Position numbers and translations under genes: made by a program
Shown here: one piece after another, positions 12,521-25,659 of the stretch
Layout of the letters: each line of letters begins with the position of its first letter
How positions within the stretch are numbered: the first letter of the stretch is position 1
Source: Dicyema japonicum
Taxonomy: Eukaryota; Animalia; Dicyemida
Assembly: GCA_011109175.1 (NCBI GenBank)
Contig: RDEW01000023.1
Location: 1-64,000 of the forward strand
Direction of reading: 5' to 3'
Length of the DNA stretch: 64,000 nt
Notes under the pieces: generated by a model
What the model saw: only the letters and a program-made list of their open reading frames with translations
Database searches by the model: none
Told to the model about the DNA's origin: nothing

Positions 12521-12921
12521 TAAAAGTTCTATGTAGCAACAACTACTGAAAGAAACCATGGATCGTTTATGCTTACTTAATTTACATAGGAGTAGTCTCA
12601 ACATAGAGGATCGCATATATCCTCAGGACTGACCCCTGTATGTGACCATTTCTTACGCATTGACTCGATCTTCAAGTCATCAGCGGAGTGTATCTTCACT
12701 GTACAATCTGAGGAAGATCATCGAGGACGCACTAACTGTCAGATTCGACGATTTGAAAATTCCCTGCTCTATAGAAATTTATCATTTTACACTTCTCTCG
12801 TCACTGATGGCCTGTGATACCTTTGTCATGAGGATTCTGCACTACCTTCCCGAATTCTTTACTTTCGAGGAATTTAGTCACGTGCGTGAATCTACCTGTT
12901 TATCTCTCATACCCTGAACTC

Positions 12922-14040
12922 TCAACAGAGTCTGTATGATACCATGTGTTGAAAGTCAGAAGATCTATCGGAGTACCATTTTTCTTGTTTATTGTTGGGG
13001 ATGTCTTCCAAAAAGTGTGACCTTGCCAACGTCATTCCAAGTGAAGTCTGGGTACCTTTCTGGATGATGAATGACTCCGGATGGGATCTATCTTTAATTC
13101 CCTTCTTATCAAAGGCTATCAAATTGGCAGAGAACAGGAAATGGCGGATAACTTCGAAAAGAACTCCAGACATGATACGGTTCATAAGTGAAGTAATTGA
13201 ACTCGTAAGACGAAGTCCCTGGTCTCCTACGGACAAAGAGGTTAGATCCTTTAGGTAGCCAGGTCCCATTCCGTCGAACCCGCCACTGCTACTAAGGGCA
13301 TTATTCCGTATTGCTAGGAGAACTTTATCGTTTGATGGAATCAGGTGACTCATTCCGCGTAGGTTTTGGGGTGGCAGTGGATACTTGTTCAGTAAAATAT
13401 TGTAGGCGTCTGGAGTCGGTTTTTGCCTCGTTTTGACCACGTGTCTTCCTCGTACGGTTAGAAGCCATCGGACAACTGGGGATGTGGATACCTCCCAAAA
13501 AAACGAATATTGGTCCTCATGGTGGTAGCGAGAGACTCCTTTCAGTTACCATCTCGATCAAGTCTCAGTGCGGAAGGCGCAAAACTGAATAAGCGCATCC
13601 AATCATGTAGTGCGTTAGTCCGGAGGGCATCTTCGATCGTTTTGGAAAGGATTTCCGCAGCGACAGGCTGTACGGCCTTGTTCAGGGTCCGTGGTTGATG
13701 GGTAATTAACGGGAGAGTAGACATTGGCACGGGGAACCTCCCTGCATAGGCCGAAGCATGACTGACAGTGCCATACTCCAAGCACGCTCGCTGCGGCTTG
13801 TGATAGCTTGATACACCCAAAATGGAAGAAATCTCCACAAGCAGAGCAGGAGATCCCACGTTTCCGAGTTCTGACAAACCGACAGGACGAACACATCTCA
13901 GTTGAATTGGCTGTTACCTTTTTCTTCAAAGTGGGAACATTCTTTTCAGGTGCTTTTCTCACAACCGGCATAATCACAGGAATAAATTCAGTAATTTCTG
14001 GCCCACAAGCGGACGATCTAGTCCAGCACTTCTCGATTCG
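12922..14040 (-). mobile_element. CRE-clade 5' half with N-terminal PHD finger
   Basis: CSSC...CSACGDFFHFGC...WHCQSC, and SSGGFDGMGPGYLKDL...LTSLMN (CRE RT domain 0/1). Confidence 0.8.
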
Positions 14041-14580
14041 TTTTGAGTTTGCACCCCAAAAATTTAAAAAACCAACCTCGCACCCCCAAATTTTAAATCT
14101 AAGAGAATTCGAATTTTATTCAAAAAATTAGTCTAGTTCCTTGAGACTTTCCTGTCTTTTAGTTTTAATTAATTCTTCAAAGCGTGGTTTTTTGTTTGCT
14201 AACGCAATTCTGAGATCGTTTTCAGAGATTAGAGCGTTTCGGTACATATTTTTTATATATAGTAGAGATGAAAATCCAGATTCACATAGCCAAGTTGTTG
14301 CAAATAGAACCAGAACTTCCAGTGCTTTCTTTGCAAGGGTCGGAAGACCAACTTGCAAACCGCACCAAAAAACCTCCAAAGAATTTGAGTCGTACAACAT
14401 TTTCAGTGATGTAGATGCTTGCATTTCAATCAAATGGTCTTTAATCTCTTTTCTATCCTCCATCTTTTCTATTTTGAAAGCAAATGGGTTAACAATTCAG
14501 GTATCAGAATCTTTAATATTTTCGATTGAGAAAAACCCATCAAATGAAAGCTTTAAACATTCAAGATGATTGCTGATTTC
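14040..14580 (-). mobile_element. hAT Buster-type transposase C-terminal fragment and subterminal region
   Basis: FW...PTLAKKALEVLVLFATTWLCESGFSSLLYIKN.YRN.L..ENDLRIAL....PRF dimerisation domain; upstream IVNPF. Confidence 0.85.
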
Positions 14581-14599
14581 TTTTTTAATATTTTTATTA

Positions 14600-14890
14600 T
14601 TTATTAACCCTGGATACAACGAGAAAGAATTTAAAGTAAACGACTAATTAAGTGTATCCTGTAAGTGAGTCCATTTGGAATCAGCATAAATGGTAAGACT
14701 TGCAGTTGTGGAAACTCCTCCAGTGGATTAGGGGAGAGCAAATGATCCTTTTTCGTCCGGCCTGGCACTGGGCGCCACCTAGACAGGTGGATCACATGAC
14801 GCTACTCTAGTAAAAAGAGAGAAGAGGAACAGACAAGGAAGCATAAAACTTCAACCAAATTACCACGCAGCACCTCATGGCGCCACCAGG
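14600..14890 (-). mobile_element. SINE-like non-autonomous element S1 (head hairpin, HDV-like fold, family A tail)
   Basis: Homologous along its length to 30856-31172. Fold core at 14742-14803; tail GGATACACTTAATTAGT...GGGTTAATAAAT. Confidence 0.75.
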
Positions 14891-15489
14891 CTAATAAAAT
14901 TTAATTAAATCTTTTTAATATTTTTATCTAAGTCGAGTTGAATACAATAGCAATTTCATCCAGTGTTGGAAAATTTCCAAAATTATTATCTTGAATCGAG
15001 AAGCGCTGATCTAGTCCGTCGAATCGACTCAATAAGGTCACCAAGAATCCACTTGAGACTGGATGGCTTCTAGAGAGAATCTCGATAGGTATTGTCAGAG
15101 GAAACAAGAATGGTCATTCAAGCTCCCTAAATTAATTGTTTCAAATTATTACATACCTATGAACAGGAGAGCGAATCTAACCAATATTTATTTACCCTCG
15201 GACCCTTCGAGTGAAAGTGGCTAACAAAAACGAAATTTCACATTGCCACAAAAATATCCTATAACTGAACATTATCTTCCTAAAAATACTGCTTTAATAC
15301 AGTGGACATGGGTGTCACGCTGAATATCGAAGATTTGATATTTCTTTAAAGTCCACAGGGGTGAATCTAAGAAAAGTGATGTGGTTAGAATCACTTTTAA
15401 AAATATTGAAAATTTAATAATTATTTGTTGAAATAAAATATGAGAAACCAGAGATGACTAAAAATTCCCTGAACCATCTAGTTAATTAA

Positions 15490-16660
15490 TGCACGTCCGC
15501 GTTCCCAATAAACATTGTTTATGGTTTCCCCTGTGCCATGTTTTCGACTGTTATCCCGTTAGCCTTCTCCATCCCTTTCGTCGTCTGGCTCGCCTCCTGA
15601 TTTCATCCAGATCGTATGCATCCAGTGTTTTGGGAAGGCAACCTCTTGGACGTCTTCTGAATGTAAAAAAATTCTTCCATGGCGGCATTGCAGGGTGTAT
15701 CTTCACCCATCCGTAGAATATGTCCAAAAAGGCGCTAACGGGGTTCAAGTACGTTCAGACTTATTGGTCCACAATCAGTCAGTCTGTATAATTTATTGTT
15801 TGAAATTTCCTTTGTCCAAGAGTATCCAAAAAGTTTTTTTAGTTGGCCTCTGTGAAACGAGTCGAGTTGTTCCATGTCTCTCTTTGATGTTCCCCAAGTA
15901 GCTGCGTCGTACATGAGTACTGGTCGGATAAATCCATAAGCGTAACCGCATCTTAGTAGGAATTTGATTCTTTCTCATCAGAATGGATTGTAATGGTCGT
16001 CACTTATTCTATTGTGGCCAATATCTTTCGTCGTGTGATATCCACTGAATCGCCAAGTAACGATCCGAGTTTTCGGGTGTTCCTCCACTTCTCCTCGGGT
16101 TGGCGTTCTTTCAATAGTGTTTATTTCAGTTTTGTCTTCATTGACTTTGAGGGACCATTTACTCAAAATTGTTTTCGCATTCTCCATCATAACGTTTATA
16201 AATTCCCGATCTTCCGTGACGAAATCGACATTATCCGCTTAAATGAGTTCCATAAAGTGGTTGTCCAGACAACCATTTTGTTCTCTTATTTCTCAAAGCT
16301 GCCTCCAGGTAGATGATAAATAATACAGGAGATAGCGTGTCCCCTTGTTGGGTTTCAACATTGGTAGAAATTGGTTTAGACTCCTTAGAGCCAACTCTGA
16401 TGAGTAGTCCAGTTTCAGATAATAGCATATGTATCATGCGCAGACTGTGACTTCTTCAACACGATAAGTAATTTACTCCTGTTGATGCTGTCAAAAACCT
16501 TGCTCATGTCGATTCCCAGGATATGAAAGGATCGTTTGTACTTCTGACATATATTGCAGTGATCCAGTGATGGCTCTAGACAACATCATCCGTGGATCTT
16601 CCATGCCTAAAACCACTTTGACTGCAAGAGAGATATCAATCGATATTGAGAAGCATCTAT
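15490..16660 (-). mobile_element. RTE-like (family B) RT and C-terminal fragment
   Basis: QQGDTLSPVLFIIYLEAALR, KVNEDKTE, QSGFRHGRSTDDV remnants. Confidence 0.8.
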
Positions 16661-16909
16661 AACAAATAAATTAAAAAAAGTTGTCTCAAAATATCTCCTC
16701 AAAAGAACTATTGCTTAGGATGAAAAATTGCTGGTTAGACGTAAGGATAATGTTTGTCAAAAAACATAATTTAAACTCTTTTAAAATTGGTACCCCAAAA
16801 AGGGGCCATACTGCGTTTGATGGGTTTACTAGTTGTTAAATCGTGGTAACCATAAAAAATCCCAAGTAATAGTTAATCGCAAAATTAAAGTTAAGTTGTT
16901 GTTTCTCGT

Positions 16910-19170
16910 TTAGGTGAGAATATTATCACTAAAATACCGCATGATGTAATAATCACTAAAAATGTAGTACCAAATACCGTAATAAGCCATACTGGTGACT
17001 AAAATTTGTTATTAAAATACGTTAATTTTTTCTTTAAGAAGCATGAATAATTCGCTTTTTAATATTGTTTCTATAATCTGTAACATATCCAAGTCGCTTT
17101 GAACTCTTTGACAGGTACCTGTGTTGTCACATATTGCGGAATTTATATCTTTTTGATTCACTGTTTTGTAACATGGACTTCCTGATGTCTTACTATACAA
17201 TTACCATAGGGTCTAAGTAGATCAGAAGGATTTAATTTGTAATCTGTAACATTAGTTGTATAAAGCTGTTCGCATTTATTACCAATCAAACAAGCCACTA
17301 CACACTGAATACTATCATTAGTGGTTTTTAAATGACAGGGTAACGAATCAAATAATGCACATACTGAGAGATTGCAGGACTAATATAGATATCAAAATTA
17401 CTCCGTTATGGCACAAATGTGCTGTTTTTTGGGATTCGGTTTCCTGATAACAAAGTTTACTATTATTTGTGGGGTTTGATGGTGGGCATGCGGGATCTAT
17501 GCCATTGCCTATCAATCCATTATAATAAATTACAGTTTGAAGGAAAATTACATGCATCCCTGTTTTCTGCATTCTTGTCCTTCCCCCTTAATTTTGCAGT
17601 TTTCGCAGCAACTTCCAGATGACAAGCTCAGTTTAGTCATAATAATACCTGCATACACTATCATCAATTAATTTACAATGTTGGTTACAACAAGGGTCAT
17701 TTGGGAATAATTGTTCACACTGTTCTCCTTTTTCTACTAATCTATTGCCGCAGATAAATTTTACAGTATCTAAAAATTTATAAATTTTACTAACTATTAG
17801 TGAATTTACCCAGATTTTGTGAAATATATGAATTCATTTGTTCCATAGATATTTCTGAAAATTTGTTGTTTTCTTCTGAGTTTGTATGAGAGGCGTATGC
17901 GCTCATAATGTTCTTTTGGTCGTCACTTATTCCTTTGGGATCATGCTAGCAAATGTTAACTACAAAAATACATAAGCGCCTAACGCATGGCCTATTTCAT
18001 GAGTAGTAGTTAAATAAACTAATTGTATTGGCCCAGAAGTAACACCCACTATAAGTGAATTTTTGTGTTTAAATGCTAAAGATAATTATAAATAATACCA
18101 CTTGCAACAAATGCTATACCAAGAGTTGGTCCGAATGAATTTCCGGTAAACATGGCCCTCAAACTAAATCGACTATTATCAGATTTGGTTCTACTATCGA
18201 TCGAAGCGATCTAGGTAAACGTTCATAGATATTTTATCTGTCACTAAAACGGAATTTGGATTAGAATAAATCTACTTATATATATACAACTAACCGTTAT
18301 GGATAAAATCTGTAACAGTAAATCAATTTCAAAATCACTTTTTTTGACGATTTCGTTGATTTGTGTAAAAAGAAGAGATAATTCATTAATTATGTTCATT
18401 CTAGTTAAATTTTCATTACCAAAACTATTGTTAATATAGACATGTATACCAGAGAAAGTTTATTACTATAAAGTTGATAATCCACATACACACCAAAAGT
18501 AAGTGTACCATCAGTAGGCGGTCCACGTTTGCTAACTGAAGAATGTATATTATTTACAATCTTCTGATTCGAGAGATCAGTCCCACAGGTTCCCTTGAAT
18601 CTAAACAATTTGAATATTAGTTTGCCTCTTCTTTATGTCGCTCCCTCCTGGATATGCAATACGATACCCGATTGTGTGGTAATTATAAGAATTCCCCTTC
18701 ACGTAGTTATATTTTGGAACTATGTCAATTTCTGTTCCATTAAATGAAATTTTCCCATGAAAATGTCCTTCAGTGTCAATAAAACCGGAAATGAACGAAT
18801 TTTCATCATCTAAATTCTTAAAAATCGTAACCAATTAGTTTTCCTTCCAAAAGTACCAAGAAATGTTTTTTTTCCTCGTTCATATTTTCAGAAACGAAGA
18901 CTGAATGTTTTCGAGATAACAAATTCATATCATATGTTCTATTACAGTGACATTTAATAATTACACATTGAATAAAGATATTCGGAAATTAATTGATTTT
19001 TTAATCCCTTTTAAATGTATGTAGAACTTCTCCAAAAGATGTTCTCTGTCATAGTGGATATGCTCGTAATTAATATTATCCAAATTGTTTATAACTAGCA
19101 ATTTTATATTAAGTTAACAATTGATTGTTAATATGTTGTGAAACAGTATACTCAAAACACAGATATTCAT
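16910..19170 (-). CDS. ADAM10: ADAM10/17-like (kuzbanian-type) metalloprotease, many mini-introns
   Basis: Signal peptide then YEHIHYDREHL; prodomain GFID.EG.FHGKI; cysteine switch TCG; HEIGHALGAYHD formed across a 26-nt intron; NIMS Met-turn; disintegrin ICGNRLVEKGEQC; TM VWLITVFGTTFLVII; very short tail. Confidence 0.8.
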
Positions 19171-19304
19171 TTAATTGGGTTAATTTAAAACATTTTATTT
19201 CAAAAACAGTTTGCCAGTCTTAATTTTTAATAATTTTATAAAATTAAATTAATTTAAAAAATATTAAATTACTTAAAATGTGTGTTTAATTTATTATTAA
19301 TAAA

Positions 19305-19720
19305 ATCCTTGGTAGGCCACCATTCTGAAGATCAAGAAGGGTAGAGAAAGTAGAACGGTTTTCTTTCATGCAGAACTTGCACTGAGCGCCACCACAACAA
19401 CAGGTAAACCTCATGACACCTCGCTAAATGAACTATCCCAGACTGAAGATCATGAGGTATACGCATTCAGACACAACATCCATCCCAAGTCTCCTTTCAG
19501 AAAAGGCGACGGTGAGAAACTGCCAGGGCTAGGAAACCCATTCAGAAAGAAGGTAGTTCATGCAGAGGAATTCAGATCGGCATTAAAAAAGTGCACTCCG
19601 ATAGAATTCCTTTGCAGAAATTAAATTAGACACTTCGGGAACGCTGTTGGTTTACCGACGGAGCATTCGAAGAGAGGTTGGAGGCTGGGATCACTTAATT
19701 TAGCGAGTTAATTATTTCTT
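19305..19720. mobile_element. Family A fragments: EEP piece (minus) abutting a 3' end (plus)
   Basis: 19310-19370 matches 9460-9520. 19400-19720 matches 7540-7800 in opposite orientation and ends GGGATCACTTAATTTAGCG. Confidence 0.7.
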
Positions 19721-19821
19721 TAAAATAAATAATCAATAAAATTCTTTAGATGACTATTCTTTTTATGACTTGTTGCATAAAAACACAAGTATATGACTTG
19801 GTTTCTCAATTTAAATTTCCG

Positions 19822-20050
19822 TGTGGTGCCATGTGGCAACCTGACTTTTTTATATCCTATGGTGGTGTCATTGGATCCACCTTTGGATCCACACGCCCAA
19901 TGTCTAGCCGGAATTTAAAGGATTCATCTATTGACCTCAACTTCCCAGACAACGCTCTCTGGATCACTGTGCTTGGGTGAGAGTTCTATCGAAACGCGTC
20001 AAGATCAAGAATTAGTTTGGTTTTGCCCTTGGTCTTTGGAATAATTTATT
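19822..20050 (+). mobile_element. SINE-like element S2 (degenerate fold)
   Basis: GTGGTGCCATG head, TGGTGTCATTGGATCCACC, CGCCCAATG..GCCGG, and tail GATCAAGAATTAGTTTGG...GGTCTTTGGAATAA shared with S4. Confidence 0.65.
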
Positions 20051-20059
20051 AATACTTCT

Positions 20060-20800
20060 TACTATGTATATCTCGATTTCTCTGGGTATAAAGGTTTTAT
20101 TTGGTTTTGCATAAAATGTGACTTTTCTTTTTCAAATTCTCAATTTATAGTCCATATGTGAGCCTTATTAATGTAAGAGAATATAAGTAGATCACTCACG
20201 GACTACTATCATCCGCAGAGACAAAAATTATCTAATTACAGAATAGCTCTACTATTTAATTGTTACACACTATTCTAATTAATATTATTATAAGAGCATT
20301 TGATAACTACAATTCCATTCTTTATCACTGATTTGTTCTTCGATTGGAGATTCATCGATAAGAAAATATAAATGTGATACCATTTGACCTTAGCTGAAGC
20401 GATGGTCACATCACAATAAGGAGGTTTTTTGGGATAAGAATGTAGGTGATCTCTGGGTAGTGACTAAGTTGACATGGTCTCTGAAGAACTCACGCCTTTG
20501 TTGTTGGAGAGGCCAATGGACATGGTGAGGTAGGGGGTCGTCTGTCTTGATTAAATCTTTTGAAGGTTTACAAAGAAATCTCAACCATAGTGAGGGTGGG
20601 GATAAAATCTCTATTATTTCGTCTGTATTTAAAATAAGATAGACAATTGGTTCATTTACCTCAAATAGAATTCTTCCATCCACAGTGAACAACGATTTGA
20701 TCATCTGACGTTTTGAACAAAAAAGTGACCTGAAGGCCCCAGTTAGAAAAGAATCCACAAGGAATAAACTTCTTACTGATAAGAATGAGACAATTCTTAA
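20060..20800 (-). CDS. Unidentified host gene (115-aa open exon plus downstream mini-intron-separated segments)
   Basis: ORF 20411-20758 is unrelated to the TE families and is followed by GT..AG-bounded segments. No family recognised. Confidence 0.35.
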
Positions 20801-20849
20801 ATAAGTGCAGATTGCTGTTGAAGGAGTGGAAAGAAACAGAAAAAAGTCT

Positions 20850-23800
20850 TTTAAATATAAGGAACCATCATTTCTTGGATCCTATCTTGTTGGTTGAGCT
20901 GGTGACGTGGCTCTATTGCACACATGTCTTTTTCGTGTTTTTCTTCGGGATCTTTCACTATTAGCTCGTTCACTGTAAGAGGATTAAAGTCGGATACTAA
21001 AAGAAGAAATATATGCGTGGATTTTGGATCGTACAATATAACCGTGGCATGTTTACATGAAAAAAAAGTGAAAGGCGGACTAGATGAAATCAACAATGAT
21101 TTCCGCCTGATTATGCACCCTTCGAATTGTCCACACTCCGGCATTGGATTTGCAATTCGTAAAAACTGAACAGTTGAATCTACAAGACGTGGAAGGTGAG
21201 CGATAAAATATGTATTTTACAATTACAATACGGTGAAAAGAACAATTCCATAATTTCAATTATTAATGTATGTGCACCAACTTCAGTGAGAGCATTAATC
21301 AATGGAGACGAATTAGACGACTTCTATTCCTACTTGTCGCAAGTATATGCATCTTTGTAAACATCGTTCATGATATACATTGCTGAAGATTGGGACGCAA
21401 AGGCAGTACGTGTGAGTAATCACGAAGAATTGATGGAAAGCCATAGAAGAGGGATCAGGAACCAATCAGGAGAATCGCTTATCGAATTTTGCAATACATT
21501 CAAACTATTTCTATGCAATACTGCTTTCAGGCACTCAGCAAGACATAAGACGACATGGAGCTGCTACCGAAAGGACAAATCTGGGACTATCAAGCCTATA
21601 TATAACCAACTAGATTACATTATCTGCAAACAAACCTACAAAACACTGCTAACAGATTCTCGGAGCTACAGTGGGACACTAGTAGATAGTGATCACAGAT
21701 TGGTTGTACCACGTTATTTTCAAACGATATTTTGGGGTTTCCAAAGGAGCTGGCATGAGGATATCTGAGGGGAGGTTCGCAGTAGAGCAACTCTGCATGG
21801 TGGGACCGACTCGGGAAAGCTATCAAAATACATTGAGAGAAAAGATCAGACAGTGGAATAAAGAAAAAATGCTTGGGGAGCTGTGGCAAGACACCATCGA
21901 TGCAATAAAGTGCGCGGCCCATTCAACAGTCGGAGTAAAACCGAAGCATTTCAACGGGCACTATGACCACGAGCTTGAAGAACTATCCAAATTGCAGAGG
22001 AACCTACGTTTACAGGTCGAAACCTGTCAGGACCAGGCAAAGGAACACACTCTAAGAGTCATGCGGAACCAAACCTGTATAAAATAAAGAAAAGAACGAG
22101 GGAAATAAAGGAAAATAAACTTGCTGGAATGGCTAAAGAAGTAGAAAGACTCAAAAACGGAGCGCAGATGTTCAAGGCTGTTCACCTACTACATAGAGAC
22201 ACGCAGTCATCAAAAATCACAATACATGACCAGTTTGGAAAGACTATGTTAAACAAAAATGAAATTCTATCGGCCATATCCAGCCATTATCAGCAGGCCT
22301 TCAATCAAAACCACGGGGAAAATCAAACAATTCGATGGTGAAGCACGAGAACTAAATATTCCGATAACGATTCTGGAAACAAAAAAAGCCCTGGACAAAC
22401 TGAACAACAATAGAGCTGCTGGCCCTGACAACATAAATGCAGAACTTCTCAAATATGCACCGACCGAGATCTCTGAACTATTAACTGAGATATACAACAA
22501 AACATTCAAATACAACTCACCACTGGATGTGGGTAATGGCACACTAATTGCACTACAAAAACCGGGCAAAGCTAAAGGCCCCTTAACGAATTTAAGACCC
22601 ATCGTACTATTGACGACTCTACGCAAGACACTATCACTTATAGTGCTGAACAGGATTGGATCTGACATCGAGAACTTTCTCTCTCACGGTCAAAGCGGAT
22701 TCAGGTCAGGGAGATCTACAGCTGATGTGGTCTGGGGACATCGATGGCTTTGTGCAACACATCAAAAGTACAAGGGGCTATTGGCATCCTTGGCATGGAC
22801 ATGTCCAAAGCCTTTGACTCTATACACAGAGGGAGACTTTTGGATATCTTGGAGAAGTTGGTTGACGAGGACAGTGTCAGAATGATCCGTCTATTACTTG
22901 GAACAACGCAGCTAAGTGTACGTTTTGGAAATTTGGAGTCTGTCCCATTCGAGACAACGTTCGGGGTACCGCAGGGAGATTCCTTGTCACCGGTACTTTT
23001 TGTGACATATCTGGAGGCGGCACTCAGAGACTTCAGACTATTAATTGGCGATCTACCTCAAACTGAAGTGATTTATGCAGATGATATCGACTATATATCC
23101 AGCGACGAGAAAACATTAAACTATATACGGACAAGGATGCCAGATGTCCTAGAAAAATGGTTCATCAAAATCAATACGGAAAAGACGGAGACAACTACCA
23201 TACGCCGTGAATAACCCGAACTGATGAAAAATGGAGATACTGTAAAAAATTGGGGTCGTTGCTCGGAGACGCTGAGGATATCACTAACAGGAAGATGTTG
23301 GCCGTCGCGGCCTTTAGAAAAATGGGAGTAGTCTGGAATCATCGTAAACAAATTAGCACACAATTACGTGTGAGACTATACAATGCCTTCGTGAAACCAG
23401 TCCTAATGTACAACGCTGCAACCTGGGGTGTCTCAGAAGCGGTAATGGACAAACTAGATGCCTTCCATCGTAAACAACTCCGACTGTTGCTTGGCATCAA
23501 CTGGCCAAAAAAATTACAAACAAGAATCTATACAAAGTATGTAATACAAGACCATTGAGTCTGGATATCCTGGAATCAAGATGGCGTCTGTTTGGTCACA
23601 TCCTTCGAATGAGCCAGATGACGCCTGCTAAAATAGCAATGGATAACTATTTCTGCCCAGAAGTGAATACCTCGTTCCGTGGAAGACCTCGCATAACTTT
23701 GCCAGAGGTTCTACACAAGGACCTGACCAATGTAGGACGAAAGCTGAAAACAGGAGATGATCTGGATACGCTCAATAATTGCCAGAAACCGTGGAGCATG

Positions 23801-23880
23801 GAGGAAGTTAGTTAAGAGAATTGTGGGAGAAAAAATAATCTGAAGAAAAATACGGCACAAGCGGAACCTTAATTAAATAA
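20850..23880 (+). mobile_element. Near full-length RTE-like element (family B): APE endonuclease, RT, C-terminal domain; frameshifted
   Basis: F.VRG, SGIGFAIRK, NQLDYII, DSDHRLV (EEP); RAAGPD, QSGFRSGRST, DMSKAFDSI, GVPQGDSLSPVLF, YADDI (RT); RWRLFGHILR and FRGRPR. No ORF1. Confidence 0.9.
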
Positions 23881-24329
23881 ATTACATTTTTGGTTCTTCG
23901 AAAGTGCAATTAATAGTAATAATAATATCTTGAGGTTTGGACTATACAAAAATGTCCTATTCCACAAAAAAACAACTTTAAAATTATATTCAAACAGTTC
24001 GTCAGAACTACTCTGAGTTTCATATGTTCTAACTTTAAACTTTAAAAACTTCAAAAACTGCAAAAACTTCAGAAAATTCAAAATTTGGGTTGGAGTCTGC
24101 GTACATACACCACCTACACTAGGAATCCTTTATTCTTCTAATCGAAGATTACCTGTGTATATGAAACCTACTATTCCTCAACTATTTAAAAAATCCTATG
24201 CAATTATCAACTAAACGAGAATTCTAAAACATATAGTTTTACAGTCATGGGCATCAATTTGTTACTCTCTGATAACAGCAAATAAAGTCATTCATGTGTT
24301 ATTCCCTTTTAAGTGTCTAATTGAGGTAT

Positions 24330-24585
24330 ACCATCCAGCCATATGAAAAGTCTGGATGGGGAAGAGAAAATGGTTCTTTTGGATGTTATTCGACACTGAG
24401 CTGAACCACATGACGCCAACATTTTAATATATTATCATATCGTCAATACAGGAAAGCCTTGAGTACTTTGGAGGACACAAGAAAAATCTCTCGATCCTTT
24501 TGAGGTGTACCGAGATCACTTAATTAGTTGGTTTACTTCTTTCTTGGTGTTCCTTTCTCGGGGTTAATAAATAATAAAAATATTA
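24330..24585 (+). mobile_element. Family A 3' end
   Basis: Ends GAGATCACTTAATTAGTTGG...CTCGGGGTTAATAAATAA, near identical to 49000-49070 and 43870-43920. Confidence 0.7.
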
Positions 24586-24799
24586 ATAGATGACTATAGG
24601 ATTTCCAAAAAAGGTTTATTTATTATTATTAAAAAGCACTCCCCTAGAAACATAAAATTAGTTAAGTTTCCCTTGTGCCGTATTCAAAATCATCCTCTCC
24701 GTCAGCCTCCACCATGATCCTCTGTTGCTTAGGTCGTCCGCCCAGGTTAGTCTCATACCAACCACCGATAGGTGTCGCGAGCTACAGACGTTAACTTGA

Positions 24800-25500
24800 T
24801 AGCTGAAATCAATGTTGTCAATAATTTATTATTTCAAAGCAAACATTAACTAATTATTGATAATTATTTTTTTAAGACGTTTAACTTGCTTCACAATTCC
24901 CTCACTATTTTTAACATTGACATTGTGGGACAATTTTGCAACAATAGTGACAGCATCTCCGTAAGATGCTCAAACCTTTGCAGACGTAGTGAAGGATTAG
25001 TTCCATAGTCCTTCTGAATACGAACCTTTTAAGAAATTATAAATTGAATACACTATCTTTAATGTTGAATTCATATTTCAATCGATGCACTCCCATCTTT
25101 TTATTCATCTTTTTATAATCGTCAAATTATTTCAGTGGCACTGCAAACTTGCAAACATTGCAGTCTTTTACAACTTGACGAATAGCAGTTCGTTTGATAG
25201 CGCTAAACATCCTACGACAAAGCGCATCCAGAGCGTTATGTCCACAGTCTGGTGAATCTCCTGAGCAATAGTTCTCATTTCTTCTTTACTAGTTAAGGGT
25301 ATCACAAGTTTGTGAACTCCGTTAACAGCTTTCAAATATAGCTTTTCATCAATAACAATAAAATTTTCAGTTTTCTTTTTTATTCGGTACCTCATTTGTT
25401 TCGCAATATTCACATCTTCATCATTAAGGATGGTTTCTAAAAGTTGGTACTCTTCATTATCTTTGACTACAGACTTAATACTAGGCATCAGGTCAAAGTG
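24800..25500 (-). mobile_element. Ginger/Gypsy-integrase-like DNA transposon fragment
   Basis: ENFIVIDEKLYLK....HKLVIP, VVKDCNVCKF (integrase Zn-binding). Shares DYGT.PSL with 51660-52790. Confidence 0.6.
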
Positions 25501-25659
25501 ACGAAATTATTTTATATTCAATAAATAGTTAGCCAGACTAAAATTGGAGTAAATTTTTGATAAGATAATTTAATAATAATTATTAATATTATCGTAAAAT
25601 TAATCTTTATATCGGAATATAATAATTTATAAAAATAGAAAAAAACTATATGATTGATT

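Noticed and set aside
23990-24050. Hammerhead-like words on the minus strand (GAAAC...CTGACGA)
   Set aside because: Order and spacing give only a simple hairpin; stems II and III cannot be formed. Single copy.
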